Notes: a model not told the origin generated them from the letters alone. A DNA stretch of 64,000 nt from a virus (IMGVR_UViG_3300023202_000102:66700-130699), one strand, 5' to 3'; shown: positions 17,244-26,854, counted from the first letter of the stretch. A program made the numbers and translations.

Positions 17244-18419
17244 ATGACTTTCGATCTATACAAACATACAATCTTTCTTTGCGTTGGAGGATCTCATGCT
17301 TACGGAATGGCTAAGCCAACTTCCGATCATGACTATCGTGGCGTAGCCATTCCTCCAATGGATAACTACATTGGATTGTTGAACAACTTTGAGCAGGCTG
17401 TAAGTACTGATACTTACATGACCTATCCTGTTGGATTGTTAAAGGATGACCCGCGAGTTGATGGAGCCGATCCTACAGTTGTACCTGACATGCAGGTATT
17501 CAACTTGTTAAAGTTCATGCGCCTTGCCCTGCAGAACAACCCATCCATCTTAGAACTGTTGTTTACAGATGAGTCTGAACACATCATCTGCACCCCAGCA
17601 ATGGAAAAGATCCTTGAGCATAGGGATAAGGTTCTGTCCAAGCAGGTTAAGGCACGTTTCTGTGGTTATGCTTTGTCACAGCTTAAGCGTATCAAGGGCC
17701 ATAAAAAGTGGCTTGACAATCCTCCAAAGAAGAAACCAACTCGCGAAGACTTCGGACTTCCTGAGCAGGGACTTCTATCTCCCGATCAGATTGGAGCTGC
17801 ACAGGCTCTCATCCAAAAGGAGATTGATGAGTTCATGATTGATCAGACTCACCTTCCTGAGGACATTAAGATTGAACTTGGTCCGGCAATGAAGCGTCAG
17901 ATGGAAGCTGTTTGGAATGCTATCAACTCTGATAAGATTTATCCTATCGGAGAGGGACAAGTGTTTGAACACTCTGATGATGCTTTGTTTTGGGGAGCCG
18001 CAAAGGACCAGGGGTTCTCTGAGAACTTCTTGCTTGTGTTAGCTCACGAGAAGTCCTACCGCGCCGCAAAGCGAGAGTGGGACCAGTACCAGACATGGAA
18101 GAGACAAAGGAATGAGAAGCGTGCTGCTCTGGAAGCAAAGTTTGGTTTTGATGTAAAGCATGCATCTCATCTTGTTCGTCTTCTTAGGATGGCTCGTGAA
18201 ATCCTGGAGACAGGAGAGGTTCATGTCAAAAGACCTGATGCTGAAGAGTTGCTAAAGATCCGTAATGGAGCTTGGTCTTATGAGCAAATCATTGAATTTG
18301 CCGAGAAGGAGGACCACGATCTCATTGAGGTGGCAAGTAACTCAAACCTACCCAAGGTTCCAGACATGAAGTTCTTTGATAACTTGGTTCGTGAAACAAT
18401 CTTGGGACGTACATCATGA
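17244..18419 (+). CDS. nucleotidyltransferase (RlaP/YcgL-like, Pol-beta superfamily)
   Basis: VGGSHAYG...SDHDYRGV, NNPSILELLF, FCGYALSQL, KHASHLVRLL, IRNG. Confidence 0.85.
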   Translation: MTFDLYKHTIFLCVGGSHAYGMAKPTSDHDYRGVAIPPMDNYIGLLNNFEQAVSTDTYMTYPVGLLKDDPRVDGADPTVVPDMQVFNLLKFMRLALQNNPSILELLFTDESEHIICTPAMEKILEHRDKVLSKQVKARFCGYALSQLKRIKGHKKWLDNPPKKKPTREDFGLPEQGLLSPDQIGAAQALIQKEIDEFMIDQTHLPEDIKIELGPAMKRQMEAVWNAINSDKIYPIGEGQVFEHSDDALFWGAAKDQGFSENFLLVLAHEKSYRAAKREWDQYQTWKRQRNEKRAALEAKFGFDVKHASHLVRLLRMAREILETGEVHVKRPDAEELLKIRNGAWSYEQIIEFAEKEDHDLIEVASNSNLPKVPDMKFFDNLVRETILGRTS

Positions 18420-18631
18420 CAGTAAAAGAGCTAATTAAACTTCTTGAGAAACAACCACAAGACCATGAGGTGTTAATAACCTCTGGTAAGTATGGAAGTC
18501 CATGCAACATTGTTGGTGCTGAGCTTGGAGAGTGGGACGGTTCTTCGTCAAATGAAGGTTATATTCCAGATCATTGTATGGAAGATGAGGAGACTAATTG
18601 TGTTCGCCTTATCGATAATTATAGCAACTAA
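18416..18631 (+). CDS. hypothetical protein
   Basis: [19 protein letters not shown] is a common small phage-protein start. Confidence 0.65.
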   Translation: MTVKELIKLLEKQPQDHEVLITSGKYGSPCNIVGAELGEWDGSSSNEGYIPDHCMEDEETNCVRLIDNYSN

Positions 18632-18642
18632 AGAAAGACAAT

Positions 18643-19110
18643 ATGATACCGGTAAAATTCAAGAAGCTGAGTGAGAGTGCGGTCGTTCCCGAGTACAAGA
18701 CAGAGGGAGCTGCTGGTATGGATCTTTGCTCTGCCGAAGATGTAACAGTCAAAGCATGTGCAGGGAGAGGTGCTACTGGTGGCTTTGGAAACAACCGCGC
18801 TCTCGTTAAAACAAACATAGCCATTGAGATTCCGAAAGGATATGAGGCGCAGGTACGGCCTCGCTCAGGTTTAGCATACAAGCATGGCATCACTGTGCTG
18901 AACTCTCCCGGTACGATTGATTCTGATTACCGAGGAGATGTTGGAGTGATTCTTATCAATCACGGACCTACAGACTTTGTAGTTAAGAAGGGTGATAGGA
19001 TTGCTCAGCTTGTACTTGCAGCGGTTGAGCGAGCTGATTTTGTAGAGATTGAGGAAGAGCTTGAAGAAACATCGCGTGGCGATGGTGGTTTTGGATCAAC
19101 AGGAAAGTAA
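18643..19110 (+). CDS. dut: trimeric dUTPase
   Basis: [38 protein letters not shown]. Confidence 0.97.
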   Translation: MIPVKFKKLSESAVVPEYKTEGAAGMDLCSAEDVTVKACAGRGATGGFGNNRALVKTNIAIEIPKGYEAQVRPRSGLAYKHGITVLNSPGTIDSDYRGDVGVILINHGPTDFVVKKGDRIAQLVLAAVERADFVEIEEELEETSRGDGGFGSTGK

Positions 19111-19114
19111 AGAT

Positions 19115-19327
19115 ATGAATAGAGAACAACGTGAAAACAGAATGATATTACACAAGTGCCTCATTCCATGGCACAAGTTATTATTCTCATACCCAAACTC
19201 ATGGAAGAGTAAGTACATTCCGTTTCAACCAAAGACAAAGGTTGAGGAAAAAGAAATGTTAGAGCTTAGGGCGTCATTAGATAAGATGATGATTCCTACG
19301 CTTAGACTTTTAGTGCGCGGAAAATAA
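19115..19327 (+). CDS. hypothetical protein
   Basis: Start moved to MNREQ just after the dut stop. Confidence 0.55.
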   Translation: MNREQRENRMILHKCLIPWHKLLFSYPNSWKSKYIPFQPKTKVEEKEMLELRASLDKMMIPTLRLLVRGK

Positions 19328-19938
19328 TGTCCATAACAATAGTTGGCCCAAGTGAAGCGCCAAAGGATCCTAAAGGAGATTTCCCGTGGTTTATCAACAC
19401 CACATCGAGGTCTTCTAATCCTTTTGGCAGGGAGTTTTCTCCTTTCTTCCTTGGGCCTGTTGTTATGTACAAAGGCTCACCAGCTGGTGAGGCTCTCAAC
19501 GTAGAGAATGCTTGGCAGTTCTCCAAGGTGTATAAGAAGTACGTTGGTGAAGATGGTGAGCCCTCTAATGATTGGAGAGTCTGGGCCCGGAAAGGTTTCA
19601 GGAACCCTAAGGCTTTTAGATATCCAATGGGTAAAGGGGCAATTCCAGAGTATTCGTATTGGAATGGAGAGAAACTTTCTTATATTCAAGCAAGAAAGAA
19701 GATTTATATTCCTCTTTACAAGACTGCAATAAAACAACACAGACAAGAACCTTTCAAGAAGCTGTGTAATATTTATGAAAGAGAACGTAGACTAACTCTG
19801 TGGGACTATGATGGTTACAATAGAAAGAACTTAAACATGTCTCCAGAGGAAGTTGTTAACAACGAAGAGTTAACGATGGGGCATGCGTTTGTAGTCGAGC
19901 AGCTTTTGCTGGAACATTTTGGTGGAGAGTTAGAATGA
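19327..19938 (+). CDS. conserved hypothetical protein (DUF6939-like)
   Basis: FSPFFLGP, VENAWQFSKVY, YIQARKKIYIPLY; family recalled from memory, not searched. Confidence 0.4.
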   Translation: MSITIVGPSEAPKDPKGDFPWFINTTSRSSNPFGREFSPFFLGPVVMYKGSPAGEALNVENAWQFSKVYKKYVGEDGEPSNDWRVWARKGFRNPKAFRYPMGKGAIPEYSYWNGEKLSYIQARKKIYIPLYKTAIKQHRQEPFKKLCNIYERERRLTLWDYDGYNRKNLNMSPEEVVNNEELTMGHAFVVEQLLLEHFGGELE

Positions 19939-20415
19939 ACATTCAAGACATTGTAAAAAAATAGGTTCCAAGATGATGATGGTTCCTGTCCTTTCTGTAC
20001 TGAAAAGTATACATTACTTCCCGGTATAACGGCTACATTAGTGGGATCTCTTATTGAGGGATATGATCCTAATCATTCCTGGCAGAAATGTACATGCTCT
20101 TGTGGAGAGTCCTTTACCAGAGAGAGTAAGGGGTATGCCCCCTATAAGAAAAATGTCTGGCTTACTCAGAAGGGTAAGCTCCTGAGAGGAGCGCCTTCAT
20201 GTTTTGAGTCTTATGAGTATCAGTGCTCAAGGTGTGAAGGCCCTGTACGAAGAGTTTACCTTGGTAAAGATGGTAAACCTGCAAAGTCATTATCTAGTAC
20301 AAATGAAGACGGCAAGTGGGTGAATAATTATACTATTCACTTCAATTGTAAAGACTGTGGGTACGGTGGTGAAGTGGATGATGAATACATGGATCCGAAA
20401 GTGAGTATTGAATGA
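19935..20415 (+). pseudogene. Cys-rich protein interrupted by a +1 frameshift in an A7 run
   Basis: ATG 19935 (ATGA-coupled to the upstream stop) reads MNIQDIVKK*; the +1 frame continues NRFQDDDGSCPFC...CTCSCG...CSRC...CKDC to 20415. Confidence 0.65.
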
Positions 20416-20675
20416 GCGTAACAGGAAACATAGCCCTTGAGTCAGCTCTCATCAATGATGCTGTTAGAAAGTTACCAAAGAATGGCCATGACTGGGGCCA
20501 GGTACGATTGAAATACAACCCTCATGGTGGTCCAGAGGGTACGGCTGTTTGCATTATTTGTAGAACCAACATTCGTTATGAAGATGATTATTGGCGTATG
20601 GCTGATGTAAATCTTCTAGGCGATATTGATGTGGATACAATATCAGAATGTAATCCTGATATCCATGAAGACTAA
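20412..20675 (+). CDS. hypothetical protein
   Basis: 87-aa ORF, ATGA-coupled. Confidence 0.6.
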   Translation: MSVTGNIALESALINDAVRKLPKNGHDWGQVRLKYNPHGGPEGTAVCIICRTNIRYEDDYWRMADVNLLGDIDVDTISECNPDIHED

Positions 20676-20690
20676 CCTACTTTACTTAAC

Positions 20691-21143
20691 GTGGCCTCAC
20701 AAAAGAAACGATGCACTAAGTGTGACAGGCTTAAAGATGTCAAGCACTTTCACAGTAACGGTAACCGCAAAGGTTTGGGTGCATACAGATGCCGCTGCAA
20801 GCTTTGTGTAAGAGAAGTTAAGATGAAGAATTGGCATAAGAGGGTGTATCTAAGTTCTTTAGATAGAGCAAACAGGTTCTCTTTGCCGTTTGACATCACC
20901 CCTGAGTTTGTTCTTTCATTGTACCGAAAGCAAAATGGCAAGTGCTTTTGGTTTGGTGTTGACTTAAAATCATCACGTAATCAGAAAGATCCTCAGATAC
21001 CAACCCTTGATAGAATAGACTGCAAGGGCGGATATACAAAGAACAATGTTGTACTAGCATGTTTCGCTGCCAACATTGGAAGAAACACGACGACACCAAG
21101 AAGGTTCAAAGAGTTCGTTAAACTTGTCAAGGGGAGTGTATGA
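20691..21143 (+). CDS. free-standing His-Me-finger/HNH-like endonuclease
   Basis: CTKC, CKLC, CFWFG, PTLDRIDCKGGYTKNNVVLACFAANIGR; same domain type as 13733..14434. Confidence 0.75.
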   Translation: MASQKKRCTKCDRLKDVKHFHSNGNRKGLGAYRCRCKLCVREVKMKNWHKRVYLSSLDRANRFSLPFDITPEFVLSLYRKQNGKCFWFGVDLKSSRNQKDPQIPTLDRIDCKGGYTKNNVVLACFAANIGRNTTTPRRFKEFVKLVKGSV

Positions 21144-21466
21144 TTTCTCTTGAACAGTTCGGTAATGAATTTACTGAACGCCATGAGTTTGATTATGAAG
21201 ACTCTGACTTCTTGGTGTCTAAGTATGCGCACATTTCATTTGAAAACATTCCAGAGGCGTGGGTTTGTTTGATAGATATGTTTGTTTCAAGATTGAAACA
21301 ACAACAAAAAGTTATTTCAATTTCCCAAGTTATGGGACAGTTGGTTGTAAACTACCAAGGAACATCAGAGTTTGATAAAAAGAGCTTACAAAAACTAGAT
21401 TGTAAACTTTCACAACTAGATGTTGACCTTGTAAATGAGTTAGAGGCGGGCATAATTTTGAATTAA
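21140..21466 (+). CDS. hypothetical protein
   Basis: 108-aa coupled ORF. Confidence 0.6.
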   Translation: MISLEQFGNEFTERHEFDYEDSDFLVSKYAHISFENIPEAWVCLIDMFVSRLKQQQKVISISQVMGQLVVNYQGTSEFDKKSLQKLDCKLSQLDVDLVNELEAGIILN

Positions 21467-21478
21467 TGTGGAGGTACT

Positions 21479-21649
21479 ATGTACGACTATTCCAAAGATA
21501 AGCAGAAGAAAGAAAAATTTGTTCAAGAGTACGCTTACGTTGAGGATTACTCACTGTATTATCCACTGACACATAAGAAAGACGAGGACGAGGAGTCCTA
21601 TGCTGTCGTGGTAATAGATACAAACAATGTCACAACGTTCGAAATCTAG
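21479..21649 (+). CDS. small hypothetical protein (56 aa, not in the track)
   Basis: GGAGGT SD, then MYDYSKDKQKKEKF...TTFEI*. Confidence 0.65.
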   Translation: MYDYSKDKQKKEKFVQEYAYVEDYSLYYPLTHKKDEDEESYAVVVIDTNNVTTFEI

Positions 21650-21944
21650 GAAGAAATTCTTCGTCAAAGAAGAGGATGGAATTTTCTCTGTCTATCAAGA
21701 CTTTTTTGACGACATTGAATCCCGCGATGAGGCCTTAGCGATAGCTTTGCGCACGCTCGGAGAAGTTCATTCAAACCTGTTGGAAGAAACAGAAGCTGGC
21801 CATGAGTTATACATAGGCAACATGAAGGTAAGCACTGGTCTTAAGCGAACACTAGATGAGCTAGACGTTCGATGGCCAGGTCTTACACAAGAGATCTTTT
21901 CTGTACCAAGAAAGATCAATGGACATATTTTGTCCATGTCATAA
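21627..21944 (+). CDS. hypothetical protein
   Basis: 105-aa ORF. Confidence 0.6.
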   Translation: MSQRSKSRKKFFVKEEDGIFSVYQDFFDDIESRDEALAIALRTLGEVHSNLLEETEAGHELYIGNMKVSTGLKRTLDELDVRWPGLTQEIFSVPRKINGHILSMS

Positions 21945-22024
21945 TGAAAATAATCAAAAGAGAATACATTATGGAAGGGCAGACACTGCTTCTTCAAACT
22001 ACATACGAATTAGGAGATGACAAC

Positions 22025-22594
22025 TTGAGAAACACCCGCAGAAGACCACAAAGAAGGAGAGAGCAGCACAAGTATATTTACGGAAGATTTATCCGCGACA
22101 AACAAGTCGTGGTCATTGATCACAACAATGAAAACATTGGTTTGATTGATACTAGAGATGCTCTAAACATTGCGCGAGATGCCGGACTTGAGTTGGTTGT
22201 AGTTTCACAGGGCAAGAATGGAAAGCCTAGCACTTGCAAAGTACTTGACTTTGGTAAGTACAAGTTTGAGCAGGAGAAGCGTGAGAAGGCTGCAAAGAAA
22301 AAGCAGCGCGAGAATGCCGTAAAGATTAAGGAAGTTAAACTCAGACCCAACACAGAAGATAATGATATCCAGACCAAGGCTAGACAAATCAAAGAATTCT
22401 TTGATGACGGCAACCGAGTGAAGCTTACTGTTGTTTTCCGTGGTCGTGAGATGGCTCACCGAGAGGTTGGATTGGAAACAATGAACACATTTGCCAAGCT
22501 AATTTCAGGTAGATTTGAGGCCGACCCCTCCATGAGCGGGAGACAAATGACAGCTATTCTGGTAAAGAATGAGCAAGAAGCAAAAGCGGTATGA
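22025..22594 (+). CDS. infC: translation initiation factor IF-3 (probable UUG start)
   Basis: VVVIDHNNENIG...ALNIARDAGLELVVV...CKVLDFGKYKFEQ, KEVKLRPNT, VKLTVVFRGREMAH; AGGAGA SD 7 nt before the in-frame TTG at 22025. Confidence 0.93.
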   Translation: MRNTRRRPQRRREQHKYIYGRFIRDKQVVVIDHNNENIGLIDTRDALNIARDAGLELVVVSQGKNGKPSTCKVLDFGKYKFEQEKREKAAKKKQRENAVKIKEVKLRPNTEDNDIQTKARQIKEFFDDGNRVKLTVVFRGREMAHREVGLETMNTFAKLISGRFEADPSMSGRQMTAILVKNEQEAKAV

Positions 22595-22752
22595 TTGAAG
22601 CAAAGTTAGATTTGCAAGCACTTAGAGCTGCGGCGAAAGAAGCTAGAAAAGCTATGGCGACTTGGCCCGAGTGGCAGAGGCAAGCAGCCAAAGAGATAAG
22701 TTATGTAGCAGCATCTGAAGAAGCGAGAAAGGTTCTTTATGATCATTACTGA
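22591..22752 (+). CDS. small hypothetical protein (53 aa, not in the track)
   Basis: ATGA-coupled to infC; MIEAKLDLQALRAAAKEARKAMATWPEWQ... Confidence 0.55.
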   Translation: MIEAKLDLQALRAAAKEARKAMATWPEWQRQAAKEISYVAASEEARKVLYDHY

Positions 22753-23176
22753 TGAGGAGGCTCTCAGGATTGATTGTGAGCCCGTTCTATCTGATGAGGT
22801 AGATGACCTTCGAAAAAAGTTAGAAGAGGGACTGGCGTGGTCTGAGAAGCAAGGACGACCTGGTGTTGGGTTGGCATGTCCACAGATTGGCATTGCAAAG
22901 TCAATGGCAATTGTTCGTGTCAATGATCGGACCAGAGTAGATTTAGTTAATGCAAAGATTGTAGAGAAGAGTGATCTGGTAAAGTTTCATGGAGAGGGTT
23001 GTTTGAGTTACCCAGATCGCTTTGAGACTACCATGCGTTACCAAGAGATCGTGGTCGAGAATAATCTTGTATGGCCACATAGGTTTGTAGCTACTGGGTT
23101 TGTTGCAGTAGTTGTGCAGCATGAGATGGATCATCTAAAAGGGGTGCTCCTACCAGATGTCGCAGTTGAAAAGTAA
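22739..23176 (+). CDS. def: peptide deformylase (short form)
   Basis: GVGLACPQIG, EGCLSY, QHEMDHLKG. Confidence 0.95.
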   Translation: MIITDEEALRIDCEPVLSDEVDDLRKKLEEGLAWSEKQGRPGVGLACPQIGIAKSMAIVRVNDRTRVDLVNAKIVEKSDLVKFHGEGCLSYPDRFETTMRYQEIVVENNLVWPHRFVATGFVAVVVQHEMDHLKGVLLPDVAVEK

Positions 23177-23259
23177 GCATTGGATGTACCTGAAATCATG
23201 GCTCAAAAATCGTTTGGCCAGATATAGGCATTCTTTTGCGTAACCCAAACGGAGCAGTG

Positions 23260-23490
23260 ATGGATAGCGAAACCGAACTCAAGAAAGTGATAGCCAGACA
23301 AGGCCAGGTAATATCAACCCTGGCCTTACGCATCACGGTCCTAGAGCAACTCTTACTTGGTAAACAGATTCTTACCGAAGATGAGGCTAGGGCAAAGGCA
23401 ACAGAGCTGGGCGAGGCATTTGCCAAAGAAACAGAGGCGGCATTGAAGAAGGCCGCTGAGCAGGCAAACAAGAAAGCAGATGATAACTAA
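23260..23490 (+). CDS. hypothetical helical protein
   Basis: GGAG SD before ATG 23260. Confidence 0.6.
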   Translation: MDSETELKKVIARQGQVISTLALRITVLEQLLLGKQILTEDEARAKATELGEAFAKETEAALKKAAEQANKKADDN

Positions 23491-23510
23491 TTGAAAAAAT
23501 TCAATTAGTT
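23485..23510. repeat. perfect AT-rich inverted repeat
   Basis: AACTAATTGAA-AAAA-TTCAATTAGTT (11-bp arms) upstream of the thioredoxin gene. Confidence 0.7.
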
Positions 23511-23575
23511 TGTTCATCTGCTTTTGTGATCACTGTTATTTTACTTAAGTACATCTTAGAATTTGGAGAGTTTAA

Positions 23576-23869
23576 ATGCTAGAAATTGATAATGGAATTA
23601 GTCTTGTAAAGTTTGCTGCAACATGGTGCGGGCCCTGTAAGGTGCTTTCAAGAACACTTGATAAGGTAACACCAGAGTTCCCAACAGTGAACTTTCAGGA
23701 AGTGGATGTTGATGATCATCCAGAGCTAGCTAAAGATTACAAGATCAGATCTGTTCCAACTGTTATAGTGTTCCGGAACGGTGAAGAACTCACCAGATTG
23801 GTAGGCAGCGTGAAGGTTGATGCATTGAGAAAATCTCTAAGAGACATCACCAAGGAGCAGGCCGCCTAA
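23576..23869 (+). CDS. trxA: thioredoxin
   Basis: FAATWCGPCK, VDVD, IRSVPT. Confidence 0.95.
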   Translation: MLEIDNGISLVKFAATWCGPCKVLSRTLDKVTPEFPTVNFQEVDVDDHPELAKDYKIRSVPTVIVFRNGEELTRLVGSVKVDALRKSLRDITKEQAA

Positions 23870-23884
23870 GTAAGGAGACGTAAG

Positions 23885-24406
23885 ATGGCAACCAAGAGGA
23901 AGACCACAAGTTCGAAGCCTTCAGCTGCAGCAAAGAAAGCCGCAGCAAAGAAGGCTCCGGCAAAGAACAAAGTTGTAGTGAAGAAAGCTGCAGATGAGCC
24001 CGCAACAGTAGAAACCGCAGAGGGTGTTGATGAACAGCCCGTAGCTGTAGTTGGTATGAGCACCATTCCATTGAACAGCAATGACGAAAAGCATAAAGCG
24101 CAGCTTAAGAAATTAAGCGGAGGTGATGCTGATAAGGTTCTTGCAACAGAGCTTTGGGATAGAATTAAAGATCAACAAATTGATATTTTTGCTTTACCTA
24201 ACCAAACAATTTCAGATCATGTAACCAGGCATGAAGAGCTTGAGAAAGCAAGCCCTGAATCATTGCATCTAACATTACGTTCTGATGCGGTTTTACCAGC
24301 TCTTGAAGATACTTTGTCAAAACTTAGATTAAAAGCTAATGAGCAGATTGATATCTCAAAGCTATCAAGATACACAGTTGTAAAGATTGTGACCCGGACG
24401 TTCTAA
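23885..24406 (+). CDS. hypothetical protein with Lys/Ala-rich histone-like N-terminus
   Basis: AAAKKAAAKKAPAKNKVVVKKAA; AAGGAG SD. Confidence 0.65.
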   Translation: MATKRKTTSSKPSAAAKKAAAKKAPAKNKVVVKKAADEPATVETAEGVDEQPVAVVGMSTIPLNSNDEKHKAQLKKLSGGDADKVLATELWDRIKDQQIDIFALPNQTISDHVTRHEELEKASPESLHLTLRSDAVLPALEDTLSKLRLKANEQIDISKLSRYTVVKIVTRTF

Positions 24407-24417
24407 GATGGGCATGA

Positions 24418-24873
24418 TTGGTTCAAGTGGAGGAAAGTGCTTATCTAGTTTTAGGTTGCTATGGTAGGGAGGAGAACGGATTCGTTCTCTGTCCCTCTAC
24501 GCAGAACCGTATTTTGAAACTGGATGACACTCTGGTAAATTCTGATAAGATTATCGAATACCTAGATACGGTTAATTTATTTGACCGTCCTATGCTTAGC
24601 CAGAACGCCATCCGGCATCTTGTATATGGTTTACAAGATCGTTTTGACCAAAAGTTTAAACGATTATGGACAGACCATGAGTATCATTTGCTCGAAAGAT
24701 TTATGCACATGCATAAAGATTGTGGCTTGTACGCTCAGCTAATTTTAGTTCCAGAAGAATTAGAACAACCTCAACAAGAAGAGGAACAAATCTCTTTCGT
24801 GAAAGGAACCCCACTCCGTGATAAGGAAAAGAAACCAAACCTTGGAGCGGTGCGTGGCAGGAAATATGGATAA
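24418..24873 (+). CDS. hypothetical protein
   Basis: 151-aa ORF. Confidence 0.65.
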   Translation: MVQVEESAYLVLGCYGREENGFVLCPSTQNRILKLDDTLVNSDKIIEYLDTVNLFDRPMLSQNAIRHLVYGLQDRFDQKFKRLWTDHEYHLLERFMHMHKDCGLYAQLILVPEELEQPQQEEEQISFVKGTPLRDKEKKPNLGAVRGRKYG

Positions 24874-24876
24874 CTT

Positions 24877-25110
24877 GTGAAATTCAATTTGATACACCCC
24901 AGCATAGTAGAGCTGTACATAGATGCCCTTTCGTTACATGTATTAGAGGAGAGGGTTGATAGTTCTGATGATGATCTATCAGAAGAATTGAGTGTCGCTG
25001 CTGGTAGGTTTGCAAAGTCTGCCAAGGATGCTGAGGCTATCTTCGGCTCTCCCCAAATTGTCCAGGAGCAACTGGATGCTTTTACAGAACAATCTCAAGG
25101 AGAAGCATGA
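24877..25110 (+). CDS. hypothetical protein
   Basis: 77-aa ORF, GTG start. Confidence 0.5.
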   Translation: MKFNLIHPSIVELYIDALSLHVLEERVDSSDDDLSEELSVAAGRFAKSAKDAEAIFGSPQIVQEQLDAFTEQSQGEA

Positions 25111-25454
25111 GTGATATTGTACAGCGGCTTGCTAAGGGCGAGCTGACAAATAATGAGAGGCGTGGAGTCTCTGAAACGAATAAACAATGGGATAGAGATG
25201 AGATGGAACCTCATGAACCCATTGCTGTTGATTTTAGACTTACTGAAGACCAAAAGCGCGCAATATACCAAGACGTTAAAGAGCGTGTAATTCGGGGAGC
25301 CACGCCTGATGATATCGGTAAGGCTGTAGTTGCCTGCATGGAGCAGCACATCAACGAGAAACAGGCCGAAGCATACCCTGGTGTTTACGGTGGTGGAACC
25401 AAAGAATTCACAGGCAAGAAGGGGCAGAAGGGCGGTTTCCGCCGTGTGGAATAA
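25107..25454 (+). CDS. hypothetical protein
   Basis: 115-aa ATGA-coupled ORF. Confidence 0.65.
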   Translation: MSDIVQRLAKGELTNNERRGVSETNKQWDRDEMEPHEPIAVDFRLTEDQKRAIYQDVKERVIRGATPDDIGKAVVACMEQHINEKQAEAYPGVYGGGTKEFTGKKGQKGGFRRVE

Positions 25455-25468
25455 CCCAGCATAAATGC

Positions 25469-25729
25469 ATGGGCGAATCTCTGCAAAAAGCTATCAAGGA
25501 TGTGACTCGAAAGGAGAGATCCAATCGAAGGTTAAAGCTGTTTCAGCTTATCCAATCCATCCTTAATGGCGAGGTAGATAGCTCAGAAACCCCGCTAGCG
25601 GAAATGTTTAACCGTGGTGGTCCTCGGAAAGAGTTCGTGGCACCCAGAGATAGGGGAACTTTCAACTACGGGTATATGGACCGAGGAGAGTTCCCTATGG
25701 CGGGAACACCATTCTATGGAGAATCCTAA
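25469..25729 (+). CDS. hypothetical protein
   Basis: 86-aa ORF. Confidence 0.6.
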   Translation: MGESLQKAIKDVTRKERSNRRLKLFQLIQSILNGEVDSSETPLAEMFNRGGPRKEFVAPRDRGTFNYGYMDRGEFPMAGTPFYGES

Positions 25730-26115
25730 TGAGAACTATTTCTAAGAGTCATAAGAAGAGACTGGTAGCACAGGCAGAGGAAGCTAAATTCCAGGGCCTA
25801 CACAAAGTAGCAGATAAGCTTGCACACCAAGCTGACAACAACCCAATACGACAGAACCTGGAAGAGTATGTGTATTCTTCTAAGTCTTTACAGAGTGATG
25901 TTGAGAATCTTCTGTGGAGCGTAGCGATTCGCACACAGGATTACTACGGTAAGACAGCTGATGCAAAGGCTATTGGAGAGTTGATTGAGTCTTCTGCTAG
26001 CGAACTGATTGCTTCTATCCGGTCTAAGATTGGTGGAGATGTTATAGGTCCACATGAACCTCTCGTCCCAGGTGAGGAGAGATTGACCGTGGAGATTGAC
26101 GAGGATGTCAAATAA
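25729..26115 (+). CDS. hypothetical protein (possible virion/late)
   Basis: 128 aa; N-terminal LVAQAEEAKFQGLHKVADKL resembles motifs in the 52-59 kb proteins. Confidence 0.6.
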   Translation: MRTISKSHKKRLVAQAEEAKFQGLHKVADKLAHQADNNPIRQNLEEYVYSSKSLQSDVENLLWSVAIRTQDYYGKTADAKAIGELIESSASELIASIRSKIGGDVIGPHEPLVPGEERLTVEIDEDVK

Positions 26116-26665
26116 GAACAACAACCCCTTTACTAATAACATCAACGGACGAGGACCAGTACAACCTAATCAACAGCCCCCTGCTCAGAAGCGTATGGGG
26201 TTTTCTGATATCAATAAAGAGGTTGTGGCTACTCGTGGCGTGAAGATCAAGTCCAAGACTCAACAGAGACAAGAGTCAGATAAGGCCGCAAAAGAAGAGT
26301 ATCGCAAGAAGTTTGAGGCAAATGCTGAAAAGACAATTGCCTATCACAGTGAACGATCAGATACAATTGTTGAAGCCATTTCTTCATTTATGAAGATGTC
26401 GCAGGATAAGACGCTCAACATCAATAAAGGAACGATTGCTGAAGATGTCGAGAGAGAGGTTCGTACACAGTTGCTAGAACTGTCATTGGAGTTGAACAAT
26501 GACGAAAACGAAGAGGACAATGGTAAAGGATCGATTGTAATCCTGAGCGCTGTCCTGAAGATCATTCTGATGTACAGAGATCGAATTAACGAATTAGAAT
26601 ATGAACTGGCGCAGCTGAAGCGTGAACAGCAGAAAGTAAATGCGTCGAGCGCAAAGCAAGGGTGA
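26105..26665 (+). CDS. hypothetical coiled-coil protein
   Basis: GAGG SD before ATG 26105. Confidence 0.65.
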   Translation: MSNKNNNPFTNNINGRGPVQPNQQPPAQKRMGFSDINKEVVATRGVKIKSKTQQRQESDKAAKEEYRKKFEANAEKTIAYHSERSDTIVEAISSFMKMSQDKTLNINKGTIAEDVEREVRTQLLELSLELNNDENEEDNGKGSIVILSAVLKIILMYRDRINELEYELAQLKREQQKVNASSAKQG

Positions 26666-26671
26666 GGTCAA

Positions 26672-26854
26672 ATGGAGTTCGGCAACTCTTTAAGAACTGA
26701 GGTCATCAAAATGATCACTGAGGAAAAAGAAGCTTTGTCGGCTTACAAAAGTCTATGCGCAAGGTTCAAGATAACTCCAGATCCGATTCCGGAAGTAAGA
26801 ACGGAAGCAAAACTTCAGGTTCTGGAAATGGTTCTCAGAAGTTTGTCCACATAA
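26672..26854 (+). CDS. small hypothetical protein
   Basis: GAGG SD, 60-aa helical ORF. Confidence 0.55.
   Translation: MEFGNSLRTEVIKMITEEKEALSAYKSLCARFKITPDPIPEVRTEAKLQVLEMVLRSLST

Noticed and set aside
13730-19964. Stop-codon reassignment suggested by in-frame TGA (13730) and TAG (19962)
   Set aside because: Long conserved genes are uninterrupted in code 11, and many end at TGA or TAG at the expected family length with coupled downstream starts.
21872-22024. Long N-terminal extension on IF-3 as given by the ORF track
   Set aside because: It overlaps the upstream gene and lacks an SD; the SD-linked TTG at 22025 gives a normal-length IF-3.
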